Source: an uncultured Candidatus Entotheonella sp. (GTDB taxonomy: Bacteria > Tectomicrobia > Entotheonellia > Entotheonellales > Entotheonellaceae). From it: a stretch of DNA of 64,000 nucleotides. Positions 8,747 to 22,952 of this stretch are shown here, one piece after another. The stretch is from positions 3,264,001-3,328,000 of the forward strand of contig OZ244252.1 of the NCBI GenBank assembly GCA_965217185.1, given 5' to 3'. A model generated the notes under the pieces. It had not been told where the DNA came from. It saw only the letters and a program-made list of their open reading frames with translations, and did not search any database. The first letter of the stretch is position 1. Each line of letters opens with the position of its first letter. The position numbers and the translations under genes are program-made.

Positions 8747-8863
8747 TTCGGCAGCGACCTACTCTCCCACACAGTGACCCGTGCAGTACCATCGGCGCTG
8801 AAGGACTTTACTTCCGTGTTCGGGATGGGAACGGGTGTTGCCCCTTCGCTATAACTGCCGAAA
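8747..8863 (-). rRNA. rrf: 5S rRNA
   Basis: Reverse complement contains CCCGTTCCCATCCCGAACACGGAAGTAAAG...GCCGATGGTACTG...GGGAGAGTAGGTCGCTGCCG. Ends approximate. Confidence 0.97.
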
Positions 8864-8933
8864 ATTTAGAAAAATATCAACTTGGTGCAGTAACTCTCAA
8901 CAATGACATGATACGCCAAGCCAGTGTAAAACC

Positions 8934-11936
<3,003 letters not shown>

Positions 11937-11980
11937 TTGTCTAACACACTACAAACAGACTTGGTGTCGTATCATGTCAT

Positions 11981-11992
11981 TGTCAAAGAACA
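11981..11992 (-). promoter_or_regulatory. boxA antitermination site in the ITS (second copy at 13741-13751 in the leader)
   Basis: TGTTCTTTGACA in the ITS and TGTTCTTTGAA in the leader. Confidence 0.75.
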
Positions 11993-12078
11993 TAAAAATC
12001 GTACGAGATTCGCGTTCGAGAGTAAGACAAATCTTCAGCCTTCGCTCCCTGCATGTACAGAGAAACTAAGACTCCTTA

Positions 12079-13639
<1,561 letters not shown>

Positions 13640-13776
13640 ATTGAAACGGGTGTATGATCCAACTAACACCCCCAGAAGGGGCTTCTGGATCATACCTAAT
13701 TATGAAACCTCTTACTCACAAACGCGAATCATCGTACGATTTCAAAGAACATCCTTCGTCATTGAAGGTGGCTGTA

Positions 13777-13805
13777 AAGATACCGTCTTCCTTTAGCTTT
13801 GTCAA
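13777..13805 (-). promoter_or_regulatory. sigma70-type rrn promoter
   Basis: TTGACA (13805-13800), 17-nt spacer, TATCTT (13782-13777), upstream of boxA and 16S. Confidence 0.75.
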
Positions 13806-13891
13806 CGCCTGCCATGAAAAAATTCTTGCATGTGGGGGATGTCGGTTCCCCTGTTGCGGTATTTCCTCTGTGTTCGGTCTGTTCATCATGC

Positions 13892-14704
13892 TCAAGTCGC
13901 TGGGCGATCTAGGGCGCTGTTAACTCGCTGTCTCACCGCCTCAAACAACAAAATGGAGGCTGTCTGCGCAACGTTTAAGGAGTCCAATTGGCCTGCCATC
14001 GGGATACACACGCGGGTTTCGCTGCGCCACACGGATGTCAGCCCATCATGTTCGGCTCCCAACACCAGTGCGCTTGGTAGTCGCAGATCAATTGCATAGT
14101 ACGACCGAGGCGCCAGCGGCGCAGCGGCAATGATTTGGACCGCGCCACGGCGTAACCACAGCAAAGCGTCCTTAGCGGTTGCCACCGCAACGGGTACTGC
14201 AAAACACGCCCCTTGACTGGCGCGAATGACATTAGGGTTCCAGAGATCTGTGCGTCCGTCACAAAGCACGAGGGCCGTGACTCTCGCAGCATCAGCAGAC
14301 CGTAGCATGGCGCCCAGGTTGCCGGGCTTTTCCAGTCCCTCGGCCACAAGGTATAAGGGTTTGCTGGTTATGGGAAGGTCGGCAAGGGTGACGTACGGAC
14401 AGGGAGCGACGCCGAGCAGCCCATCCGGGTGCTCGCCGTAGCCTATTTTTCTGAACACCGCAGGGGTGACCGGCTGCAAATGGCCACCAGCATCTTGCAC
14501 TTTCTGGAGGAGGACGACCTGTTTATCTGCCACGGCTTGCGAGAAATAAACCGCCGAAATGGGAAAGCCATTGCTGAGAGCCATGCGTAGCGCACGGGCA
14601 CCGTCGATGAGTAGCGTTCCCTGCTTTGCGCGCTCTCTGTACTGACGGAGCTTCACCAAGTTCTTAACGGTAGGATTGGTTAAGCTTGTAATCGGAGCTT
14701 TCAT
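13892..14704 (-). CDS. TrmH/SpoU-family RNA methyltransferase
   Basis: ITSLTNPTVK start, EKPGNLGAMLRSADAA, LGAEHDGL, IPMAGQLDSLNVA SPOUT motifs; start overlaps upstream stop (TGATG). Confidence 0.9.
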   Translation of the reverse strand: MKAPITSLTNPTVKNLVKLRQYRERAKQGTLLIDGARALRMALSNGFPISAVYFSQAVADKQVVLLQKVQDAGGHLQPVTPAVFRKIGYGEHPDGLLGVAPCPYVTLADLPITSKPLYLVAEGLEKPGNLGAMLRSADAARVTALVLCDGRTDLWNPNVIRASQGACFAVPVAVATAKDALLWLRRGAVQIIAAAPLAPRSYYAIDLRLPSALVLGAEHDGLTSVWRSETRVCIPMAGQLDSLNVAQTASILLFEAVRQRVNSALDRPAT

Positions 14705-15570
14705 CAATATGTATCGTTGCGCCATCGCACCAAAGCCCCGCTGGGTAATCCGTGAGGGCTGCCACACTGTGGAATCAACATCTCCATGCTGCATAGCTGA
14801 CTTCGCTCCAAACCTACTACGCCAGCCAGCATGTTTTCCAAGACTAACGGCGTAATGCCGGGGGTGTGGGTGCTCAGCACGACCGCCAACGGTGAGTCGC
14901 TGAGTATCTGTCGACATAAGTCGAGCAGCGGTGGCAGGTCGTGGGTGAGTTTCCATACCTCTCCCTTGGGGCCTCTCCCAAAGGAGGGCGGATCGAGTAC
15001 GATTGCATCGTACCGATTGCCGCGGCGCACTTCACGGCTGAGAAATTTGGTGACGTCTTCGACGACCCAACGGATGGGGGCATCGGCCAGCCCGGCGAGC
15101 TGGGCATTCTCCCGCGCCCACGCCACAATGCCCTCGGCAGCATCCAAATGCACCACCTGAGCACCTTCGGCAGCGGCAGCAAGCGTGCTGCTTCCTGTGT
15201 ATGCAAAGGCATTGAGAACCCTCACCGGTCGCCCCGCAACGGCGATCTGCTCCCGCAACCACTGCCAGTGTGGCCCGTGCTCGGCGAAGAAGCCCAAGTG
15301 GCCAAAATCGGTCAATTTGACGCGCAAAGACAGTCCGCAATAAGTCAACGTCCACATGGCGGGCAAGTCGTGTCGCTTGCGGTGCCAGCTACCCGACCCG
15401 GATGGACCGCGTTGGTAACACGCTTCCGCCGTTTCCCAAAATCCAACGGGATGTGAAGGGGGCCATATGGCGTGTGAGGCTGGACGCACTAGGCGATAGG
15501 GACCGACTTGCTCCAGCTTCCTGCTGTGGCCACTATCAAGCAATCTGTATGTTGACGTGGTGTCGTTCAT
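14704..15570 (-). CDS. Class I SAM-dependent methyltransferase (RlmI/RlmK-like)
   Basis: HLGFFAEH, VLNAFAYTG, YDAIVLDPPSFGRGPKGE. Confidence 0.88.
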   Translation of the reverse strand: MNDTTSTYRLLDSGHSRKLEQVGPYRLVRPASHAIWPPSHPVGFWETAEACYQRGPSGSGSWHRKRHDLPAMWTLTYCGLSLRVKLTDFGHLGFFAEHGPHWQWLREQIAVAGRPVRVLNAFAYTGSSTLAAAAEGAQVVHLDAAEGIVAWARENAQLAGLADAPIRWVVEDVTKFLSREVRRGNRYDAIVLDPPSFGRGPKGEVWKLTHDLPPLLDLCRQILSDSPLAVVLSTHTPGITPLVLENMLAGVVGLERSQLCSMEMLIPQCGSPHGLPSGALVRWRNDTY

Positions 15571-15658
15571 ACGATTCCGTTAGTGCCTCCCTTGCTCCGT
15601 TTGGATGTCAGCGCCTATTATGCGTTCACTCGGACCCTCATACAACGAAAGAAGTCCC

Positions 15659-16399
15659 ATGTCACTAAAAGGTAAGGTTGCTTTGGTTACCGGCGCGTCA
15701 CGCGGTATCGGACGCGCGGTAGCCCTTGCCCTCGCCGCAGCCGGCGCTCAAGTGGTCGTCAATTTTGTGAACCGCCGTGATGCTGCAATGGCGGTCAAAA
15801 AGGAAATCCAAGTGCTGGGGCAGGAGAGCTTGCTGGTGCAGGCCGATGTGGCAGCCAAACAAGACGTGGAGCGGATGATTTCGCACGTCCTCGACCATTT
15901 CGGGCAGATCGATATCCTGGTGAATAACGCCACGTTGCACAGAGGAGGCAAAGTCCATCGTCTGCCGGAAAGCGATTGGGAAAGCGTGATGGATTCCTGT
16001 CTGAGAGGGGCTTTCCATTGTTGTCAGCAGGTCGTCCCGCACATGACGGCTCGGCAAAGCGGCCGCATCATTAATGTTTCTTCTATCGTGGGACGCATTG
16101 GCTGGTCCGGCGACACTGCGTACGGAGCCGCCAAGGCTGGTCTCGTTGGCTTTACCCGTTCACTGGCCAAAGAAGTCGCGCCGTATGGCATTACGGCGAA
16201 CGTCGTCATGCCTGGGTATATTGACACGGATATGACGTCCGCACTGACACCGCGCAGCAAGGAACTGATGGTGTCACGGATACCCTTGGGGCGGGCCGGC
16301 CAACCGGAAGAGGTGGCGGAGGTCGTCATATTTCTGGCCTCGCAGGCCGCTTATGTAACAGGGGCGGTCTATGTCGTCGATGGCGGGATGTCACTTTGA
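15659..16399 (+). CDS. SDR oxidoreductase, FabG-like
   Basis: TGASRGIG, LVNNA, YGAAK, PGYIDTDM, VDGG. Confidence 0.9.
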   Translation: MSLKGKVALVTGASRGIGRAVALALAAAGAQVVVNFVNRRDAAMAVKKEIQVLGQESLLVQADVAAKQDVERMISHVLDHFGQIDILVNNATLHRGGKVHRLPESDWESVMDSCLRGAFHCCQQVVPHMTARQSGRIINVSSIVGRIGWSGDTAYGAAKAGLVGFTRSLAKEVAPYGITANVVMPGYIDTDMTSALTPRSKELMVSRIPLGRAGQPEEVAEVVIFLASQAAYVTGAVYVVDGGMSL

Positions 16400-16405
16400 G
16401 AGTCC

Positions 16406-17254
16406 GTGATGGGGCAGCAACGAAGCGGCAGTGAACGGTCGGTTGTTCAATCTGCAGATGTGTCCATGCTGGCGGAGATTCAGGAACGCATTATCAACTG
16501 TGTCTGCTGTCCCCGGCTCGTAGCGCATCGCCAGCACGTGGCGGATCAAAAGGTGCGCCGATTTCGAAGCGAGTCCTATTGGGGCAGACCCGTTCCCAGC
16601 TTCGGCGACCCGCTTGCTCGACTCTTGATTATCGGGTTGGCCCCGGCAGCCCATGGTGCCAACCGCACGGGGCGCGCCTTCACAGGCGACCGCAGTGGCG
16701 ATTGGTTATACGAAGCATTACACCGCTACCGCTTTGCAAACCAGCCGGGTTCTTCCCACCGGCAAGACGGTCTCACCCCCCATGATTGCTTCATCACACA
16801 GGTGATTCGCTGCGCTCCACCCGACAATAGACCCGATCGTCAGGAAATTGCAAACTGCCAGTCCTATTTGCTGGACGAGTTGCGACTGCTAATCAACGTA
16901 CGTGTGGTCATTCCGCTGGGACGACTCGCTTTCGACGCATATCTCCGCGCCTACCAACAGATCGGTAACACTTTGCCAACGCCGCGTCCACACTTCGAGC
17001 ATGGAAAACTGACGCGCTTGCCAACTGGTCACGCCTTTTTGCCTTCGTATCACCCAAGCCAGCAGAACACGCAAACGGGACGCCTGACACGCGCCATGTT
17101 TCACCAAGTGTTTGCCGCTGCCCGGACGCTGCTTGATGGGAATTGCGGGGAAGGATTGGGACTTACAGATAGACCACGCGGCTGCTCAACTGCCCCTCAA
17201 AGAGGTGCACAATCCCGTAACCGGGGGAGCCGGACCAGACCTTCGGAGCGGTGA
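16406..17254 (+). CDS. Uracil-DNA glycosylase family 5 (UdgB-like, 4Fe-4S); start may be ~16459-16467
   Basis: CxxCPRL, GLAPAAHGANRTGR, RCAPPDNRP, SYHPSQQNTQTGRLT. Confidence 0.9.
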   Translation: MMGQQRSGSERSVVQSADVSMLAEIQERIINCVCCPRLVAHRQHVADQKVRRFRSESYWGRPVPSFGDPLARLLIIGLAPAAHGANRTGRAFTGDRSGDWLYEALHRYRFANQPGSSHRQDGLTPHDCFITQVIRCAPPDNRPDRQEIANCQSYLLDELRLLINVRVVIPLGRLAFDAYLRAYQQIGNTLPTPRPHFEHGKLTRLPTGHAFLPSYHPSQQNTQTGRLTRAMFHQVFAAARTLLDGNCGEGLGLTDRPRGCSTAPQRGAQSRNRGSRTRPSER

Positions 17255-17927
17255 CGGTATCCCCAAACTGGTACGCGCTGGACGGCACGCTGGTAAACTG
17301 CACACCCCGATCGGTAATCTGTATCGGCATGTGAACGTGTCCGAAGAAAACCCGTTGCACCTGCCGATGCTGGGCCAGGATGTCCAGAAGATCGTCCCCG
17401 TTTCCGAACGTATAGGCGTCCAACCAATCCACCCCCGTAGGAACGGGTGGATGGTGCATAAACACCACCGTTGGCTGCTGCGAACCGTCCGTTAGCGTGG
17501 CATCCAGCCAAGCGAGCTGAGCCGCGTCCAACGCTCCCGCCACCTCCCCTTCGACTAGCGAATCGAGAACGACGAAACGGTACCCGGCAGCGTTAAACGT
17601 ATAGTAATGCGGCTCGGAACCGGGTGATTCCTCTCCCAAGACGACGTGACGAAATGGCCGTCGCAGGTCGTGGTTGCCCATAGTGAAATACACCGGGCTC
17701 GGCAAACAATCGGTCAGCAGCTTAAGATGGCGGTAGGATTGTGGGTCGTCGTCACTAATAAGATCACCGGTGAGTATGACAAAGGCGGGTGGCGGATCGA
17801 GGTGAGAAATATGGGCGATGATACGTTCGAGGTTTTCGTAGGGGTTAACCCCGTATGACTCCAAGCTGGTGTCGGCGACGAGATGAGTATCCGATACCTG
17901 AATGAAATAGGGCGTTGCATTCACCAT
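17163..17927 (-). CDS. Metallophosphoesterase (CpdA/Icc-like)
   Basis: SDTHL, TGDL, GNHD, HHPP, GHVH. Confidence 0.9.
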   Translation of the reverse strand: MVNATPYFIQVSDTHLVADTSLESYGVNPYENLERIIAHISHLDPPPAFVILTGDLISDDDPQSYRHLKLLTDCLPSPVYFTMGNHDLRRPFRHVVLGEESPGSEPHYYTFNAAGYRFVVLDSLVEGEVAGALDAAQLAWLDATLTDGSQQPTVVFMHHPPVPTGVDWLDAYTFGNGDDLLDILAQHRQVQRVFFGHVHMPIQITDRGVQFTSVPSSAYQFGDTVTAPKVWSGSPGYGIVHLFEGQLSSRVVYL

Positions 17928-17968
17928 GCACTCCCGGAGCTTGGGGGCTAAGTTTGCCGCCGCCTTGC

Positions 17969-18274
17969 CTAACGGCAACGCCGGGCGTCGCGCCAATGCC
18001 GATACCGTTGCTGCATGGGAACCACGAAGCGATCCCAAATCGTCGCCACAAAAGGAATATCCTTGCGGAGGATGGCCAGGGCGGCCACGATCAGTAACAC
18101 GCCTTGCAGAACAGGCAATACCAGCCCCGCCAAGCCGGCGATCAATAGCGCAATGCCCAACGCAATGCGGGAGATGCGGTAAAACCGCCCTGAGACTCCC
18201 GACGTGGCTTCCGCCCCTACGGAATCCTCTGTGTTTTCTTCGATACTTGGTGGCATGGCGTCATTTTCCTGCAT
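17969..18274 (-). CDS. Small membrane protein (PGPGW-like)
   Basis: G..GLVLPVLQG.LL hydrophobic hairpin. Confidence 0.6.
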   Translation of the reverse strand: MQENDAMPPSIEENTEDSVGAEATSGVSGRFYRISRIALGIALLIAGLAGLVLPVLQGVLLIVAALAILRKDIPFVATIWDRFVVPMQQRYRHWRDARRCR

Positions 18275-18290
18275 CGCGTGACAGGCAGAA

Positions 18291-19076
18291 CTAGCGTCTC
18301 AGCATAGAGCGAATGTCCTGCCGCGCTTCCTCGCGGGCTTCTTCGTCCCCGTGTCTCAGGTCATCCATATAGGGTTCGAGAGCTTCAATCAACTCCCGCT
18401 GCTTGTTCGTATCACTTGCCAGCCGCATGAGATCCTCGATTGCCTGCTCACGCACCTGTTCGTTCGGATGCACAACCTGGTTCAGCAGCCGCTCGGTTTC
18501 CGGGTTCGCTTTCAGATCCTCAAAAACCGACGTGGAAGCGCTATCTTTCCCCTGTGGGCTACGCGCCGTCGTACGTGAGGTCGCTCGCTCCGACCGAGCG
18601 ACCACTCGGCGGGCCCGGCGTGTGCCCATTCGCGGCTCGACAGCAGCGCGCGGCCCGGCGCCTGGGCTCGCATTGGCATCCAGAAACAGAATGCGTTCGA
18701 TCTTCACGCCGTCTTCCGTCTGGGCCGTAATGAGCGCATACCCTGGCACGCCGGCCACACGCAGCAGACGCTTGAGCCCTTCTATGAGAGACAAGTCGGT
18801 GAACTGTGTTGAAATTCGGCGATTAGGTAGTCCATCCAGGTTGCTGACGTCGATCTGTGCTTGCGAGGCGATGTCCCGGAAAATCGCACCGAAGTCCTCA
18901 TCTTGCACGTCCACCGACAGGCCGTCTTGTGCGAAGACAACACCCGCCACCCGATGAGGTACTCCAGGGGCCGCGGCGCCAGCCCCCTGCGCCCAAGTGG
19001 AAGAGACGTTTCCGCCGATCAAAACCGGGACCAGACTGAAACCCAAAAAGCTTATCCAGAGCCGGTAGAGCCTCAT
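18291..19076 (-). CDS. Hypothetical exported protein (secretin N-terminal/STN-like domain plus helical C-terminus)
   Basis: Signal peptide; LSVDVQDEDFGAIFRDIASQAQI...ISTQFTDLSLIEGLKRLL resembles STN domains. Confidence 0.55.
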   Translation of the reverse strand: MRLYRLWISFLGFSLVPVLIGGNVSSTWAQGAGAAAPGVPHRVAGVVFAQDGLSVDVQDEDFGAIFRDIASQAQIDVSNLDGLPNRRISTQFTDLSLIEGLKRLLRVAGVPGYALITAQTEDGVKIERILFLDANASPGAGPRAAVEPRMGTRRARRVVARSERATSRTTARSPQGKDSASTSVFEDLKANPETERLLNQVVHPNEQVREQAIEDLMRLASDTNKQRELIEALEPYMDDLRHGDEEAREEARQDIRSMLRR

Positions 19077-19174
19077 TCAACATCCTTCCCTCACCTATGG
19101 GTTATGACTATAATGGCACGTTTCCGAGCAAGCCATGACGTGCTGTCTACCATGTTTTCAATGAGGAGTGAAAG

Positions 19175-19366
19175 ATGCCAAAGGATAAAGCTCTTTATTC
19201 ATTTGAGCTAGAGAAAGATATGATGGTGTTTATCGAAGAAATGACGGCGAAGTATAACTTGCCGGACGTTTCGAAGACAATGCGCTGTATGGTCAACTAC
19301 GCCCGCGAGGTTGAGACGGCACAAGAGGGCATCTTCGCCGAGATCCGCTGCCTCAATTGTGGATGA
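19175..19366 (+). CDS. Small hypothetical protein (possible ribbon-helix-helix, C-terminal CxxC)
   Basis: GAGGAG RBS; fills the gap between neighbouring genes. Confidence 0.6.
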   Translation: MPKDKALYSFELEKDMMVFIEEMTAKYNLPDVSKTMRCMVNYAREVETAQEGIFAEIRCLNCG

Positions 19367-19418
19367 GACAGCCAGCAGGCAGGAACGTCTGGGCATGCCA
19401 TTTTCCAAATCTAGTCTT

Positions 19419-20585
19419 TCAATACGAACGCGGCATGCCCAGCACGTGCTCACCTAGGTAATTCAATACCATTTGTTGAGAAATCGGCGCAATTTTGTAA
19501 AGACGAACTTCACGATAAAGCCGCTCGACATCAAACTCCCGCGCATAACCAAACCCACCATGCGTCTGCACAGCGTGATCAACCGCGTCGCAGCCCGCCT
19601 CGGCCGCTAGCAGCTTCGCGATATTTGCCTCCTTGCCGCAGGGCAATCCGTTGTCGTAGAGCCACGCCGCCTTGAGCGTCATCAACTCGGCTGCCTCCAG
19701 GCGGGCGTAAGCCTCCGCCAGGGGGAACTGCACGCCCTGGTTCCTGCCGATTGGACGACCAAAGACAACCCGATCCTTGGCATATTGCACGGCTTTGTCG
19801 AGCGCGGCTTTGCCAATGCCTACGGCTTCCGCCGCGATCACGATGCGTTCCGGGTTCAAGCCGGTCATGATATGGGAAAAGCCCTCGCCTTCCTCGCCCA
19901 CGAGATCAGCATGCGGCACCCGCAGATCGTCGATGAATAACTCGTTGGAATCGACCGCGTGGCGGCCCATTTTCTCGATCAGCCGCACCGAAATGGCGGA
20001 GCGGTCCATTTCGGCGAAGAACAGGGACATGCCTTTGGACCTTTTCGCCACCTGATCCGCCGGGGTCGTGCGTGTCAAGATGAGAACGCGGTCCGCGTTT
20101 TGGGCGTTCGTACACCAGATCTTGCGTCCATTGATGGCCCACTCGTCGCCGTCCCGCACCGCCGTCGTCTGCAATTGTGTGGTGTCGCTGCCCACGTTGG
20201 GCTCGGTCACCGAAAACGCCAGCTTCATCTCGCCCCGCGCGATGGGGGGCAGATACCGCCGCTTCATCTCGTCGCTGCCATGCAAAATGATCGGCATGGG
20301 CGGGAACATCGAGAAGTGAATGGGTGAAGCGCCGGACGTCCCGGCGCCGGACGCGCAGATTTCCAGCAGGACGAGGGCGGCCTCGGTCACGCCCAGACCG
20401 CTGCCACCGTACTCGGTGGGAATGACCGTCCCCAACCAGCCATTGGCGGCAAATTCGTTGAAGAATGCGTGCGGGTATTCCGCGGTGCGATCCAGGTCGC
20501 GCCAGTAGCCCCAGTCAAATTTCCGCGCTAAGTTCCGCACTTCGGTGCGAATCAGTTGCTGCTGCTCCGATAGCTCGAAATCCAT
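19419..20585 (-). CDS. Acyl-CoA dehydrogenase
   Basis: FSVTEPNVGSD, INGRKIW, R.VFGRPIG.NQ, QTHGGFGY. Confidence 0.95.
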   Translation of the reverse strand: MDFELSEQQQLIRTEVRNLARKFDWGYWRDLDRTAEYPHAFFNEFAANGWLGTVIPTEYGGSGLGVTEAALVLLEICASGAGTSGASPIHFSMFPPMPIILHGSDEMKRRYLPPIARGEMKLAFSVTEPNVGSDTTQLQTTAVRDGDEWAINGRKIWCTNAQNADRVLILTRTTPADQVAKRSKGMSLFFAEMDRSAISVRLIEKMGRHAVDSNELFIDDLRVPHADLVGEEGEGFSHIMTGLNPERIVIAAEAVGIGKAALDKAVQYAKDRVVFGRPIGRNQGVQFPLAEAYARLEAAELMTLKAAWLYDNGLPCGKEANIAKLLAAEAGCDAVDHAVQTHGGFGYAREFDVERLYREVRLYKIAPISQQMVLNYLGEHVLGMPRSY

Positions 20586-20603
20586 CCGCCATTACCTTCC
20601 GTG

Positions 20604-21068
20604 TCAGGAATTTTCAGGGCTGCCGCCCGCGGACTGTGCCAGGGATTCGCCCCATTGGGTGATACGCTCCGGCGCGATTTTGATCACCAACCCGTCACTG
20701 CTACTCAGGTGGCGATCACGATATTGGGCGTATTTTTCTTCGAGCAGCGCGAAAGCGTGGTCACGCTCGGTTCCCTCCTCCAATATCGTCGCCGGGCCGC
20801 GTATCATCACGTAATAAAGCTGTTGCCAGTCTTCCTCATAATGGTGCACCAGAAACGCCACGCGCGGATTCTCAACAATGTTGCGGATGCGTTTCATACC
20901 GTAACCGGCACGGCGCTTGGGCTTGTGGTCGATGGCCGAATAAACGGCCTGCCCATCGTAGGCGAAGCATATCGGCACCATGTGCGGGGCACCGAGCTTG
21001 TCGGCCGTCGCCAGATGGCCGAAGCGGTGCGTTTTCAGCAATGCGACAAGATTGCTTGATACTGCCAT
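20604..21068 (-). CDS. PPOX-class putative F420-dependent oxidoreductase (Rv0121-like)
   Basis: HLATAD...PHMVPICF, IDHKPK, RIRNIVENPRV, HYEEDW, KYAQY. Confidence 0.82.
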   Translation of the reverse strand: MAVSSNLVALLKTHRFGHLATADKLGAPHMVPICFAYDGQAVYSAIDHKPKRRAGYGMKRIRNIVENPRVAFLVHHYEEDWQQLYYVMIRGPATILEEGTERDHAFALLEEKYAQYRDRHLSSSDGLVIKIAPERITQWGESLAQSAGGSPENS

Positions 21069-21098
21069 GACGCGTTTCCCTGTTCCGACCGAAATCGC

Positions 21099-21890
21099 CT
21101 ACGCAAAATTCACGCCAACCGGTCCCAAGCCGCCGCCGAATGTCGCCTTGAGTACATCGCCGGACGCCATGCGCACGGCGCCGGTCAGGGCGCCGGCGAG
21201 TACCATGTCGCCCTCCTCGATCGCCAGATCGAACTCGGCGAGTTTGTTGGCCAGCCAGGCGACCGCTTGCGCGGGATTGCCCATCACCGCGCCCGCCGCG
21301 CCGGTGGCAATAATGTCGCCGTTCTTCTCGACCACCATTCCCGTGTAGCGCATGTCGAAATTCTTGACCGAATGAAGCTCGCCGCCCACGATAATGCCGG
21401 CGGTGCCGCAGCTATCCGCCAAAATGTCAGCCACCTTGGCGCGGCCGATCCAGTCGCGCATGCGCGAATCGCCGAGTTCCAGCGACGGCATGATACCCTC
21501 CGTGCTGCGCAGCACCTGCGGCACCGTCACCCCGGGCCCTTCGATACGCCGGCACATCACAAAGGTGATCTCGCATTCAATGATCGGCTGGATCAGCGAC
21601 GCCGTGTCGACCGGCGTTCCTTCCATATAAACGCCTTGGCCCATGAGCTGCCCGCAAACCGGTTCGTGTACGCCAAAGACTTCCTGATTCGCCCGGCTGG
21701 TGAGGCCGATTTTCTTGCCGACTACCCGGTCTCCGCGCGCCGTCCTTTTGTCGGCAATGGCGAGTTGCACCCGATAGCCGTCCGCGACCGTCATGTCCGG
21801 ATGGTCAATCGTCAGTACCTCAACCGGCTCGCGGCTTTCTTCCGCGGCGATCAACCGGTCGGCGAGCGTTTTAATCGTTTGTGCATCCAT
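21099..21890 (-). CDS. 2-keto-4-pentenoate hydratase (FAH superfamily)
   Basis: GKKIGLTS, ECEITF, DSR, GAAVMGNP-like, WLANKL. Confidence 0.88.
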   Translation of the reverse strand: MDAQTIKTLADRLIAAEESREPVEVLTIDHPDMTVADGYRVQLAIADKRTARGDRVVGKKIGLTSRANQEVFGVHEPVCGQLMGQGVYMEGTPVDTASLIQPIIECEITFVMCRRIEGPGVTVPQVLRSTEGIMPSLELGDSRMRDWIGRAKVADILADSCGTAGIIVGGELHSVKNFDMRYTGMVVEKNGDIIATGAAGAVMGNPAQAVAWLANKLAEFDLAIEEGDMVLAGALTGAVRMASGDVLKATFGGGLGPVGVNFA

Positions 21891-21899
21891 GGATTCCCC

Positions 21900-22718
21900 T
21901 CACGAGACAGACTCCTGCGCCAGCCACGCCTCCGCCACCTCAAGATGCGTAGCGAACCACACCTCCTCGCGCTCTCGCAAATGGCGGATAAGCCGCTCCA
22001 ACATCGCCATGCGGGAACGTCGCCCAATCACTTGCGGGTGCATGACGATGCTGAGAAAGCCGCCGTCGTCGAAGGCACCGTCACACTCCGCTTGCCAGAT
22101 TTCGTAGACCTTGTTCTGACTCGACATCCCGGTGTAATAGGGATGGTAGTTGAAGAGAAAGTGTGAGGTATCGGTCATTTCCCAACTGAACGGCACTTCC
22201 AGGAGGGGCCGGCCGGTCTCGGGTGTTTGGATCCAGTAGGGTTCATCGCCGCCGACTAGACTGCTGTCATACGTGAAGCCGTGATCCAACAATAGCTCCA
22301 GGGTATGGGGGCCGGCGTTGCCCGCCGGGGCGCGGTAGCCTTTCGGAATAGCGCCGGTAATGCGTTGCAGGCTCTCGATGCCCTTGCTCAACACCTCCAA
22401 CTCGACCTTGCGGCCCTTGTTGACTACGTATTCGTGTTCGTAACCGTGATGACCGATTTCGTGGCCCGCGGCATGCATCTGCTCGACTAGGTGGGGATAC
22501 TTGTCAGCCGTCCACCCCGGCACGAAGAACGTGGCCTTCAGGTCGTATCTGCGCAGCAATTCCAGAATGCGGGGCACACCCTCCCGGGCGCCGTACTCGC
22601 CGCGCGACATCTGGCCGAGAAAGGGCTGACGGAGGGTACGGAACCAGATCGTCTCGGCGTCGAAATCGAAGCTCAATCCCACCGCGCATCGCTTGCCTGA
22701 CGGCCACCGCCCTTGCAT
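21900..22718 (-). CDS. Polysaccharide deacetylase family (PuuE/PgdA-like)
   Basis: SFDFDAE, YGAREG, TFFVPG, HEIGHHGYEHE, GYRAP, MHPQVIGR. Confidence 0.88.
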   Translation of the reverse strand: MQGRWPSGKRCAVGLSFDFDAETIWFRTLRQPFLGQMSRGEYGAREGVPRILELLRRYDLKATFFVPGWTADKYPHLVEQMHAAGHEIGHHGYEHEYVVNKGRKVELEVLSKGIESLQRITGAIPKGYRAPAGNAGPHTLELLLDHGFTYDSSLVGGDEPYWIQTPETGRPLLEVPFSWEMTDTSHFLFNYHPYYTGMSSQNKVYEIWQAECDGAFDDGGFLSIVMHPQVIGRRSRMAMLERLIRHLREREEVWFATHLEVAEAWLAQESVS

Positions 22719-22843
22719 GGCACTCCTCCGTTCCGTCACATGGTTTATGGCCCGAAATCGGCACGCATTGTAGACCAGGGAGGGCCAATTCTCAATTGCC
22801 GTTCGGGGACAGGCAAACAAGCTTTTCGCGGCGTCCTTTGTGC

Positions 22844-22873
22844 TTGACACCCAGACCTATTGCGCATAAGGTC
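22844..22873 (+). promoter_or_regulatory. Putative promoter with overlapping palindromic operator upstream of the ABC ATPases
   Basis: TTGACA (22844), 17 nt, TAAGGT (22867); near-palindrome GACCTATTGCGCATAAGGTC at 22854-22873. Confidence 0.5.
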
Positions 22874-22952
22874 GGCCCTCCCTTTGCCGTGGTGGACGCT
22901 TCGCTCGTGGCCCATCATAGCGCCAAACCTACCGCATCCGGATAGCAACAGC

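Noticed and set aside
11937..12078. Inverted repeats between ITS, leader and 23S-5S spacer; tRNA in the ITS
   Set aside because: These are normal RNase III processing stems; no cloverleaf is present.
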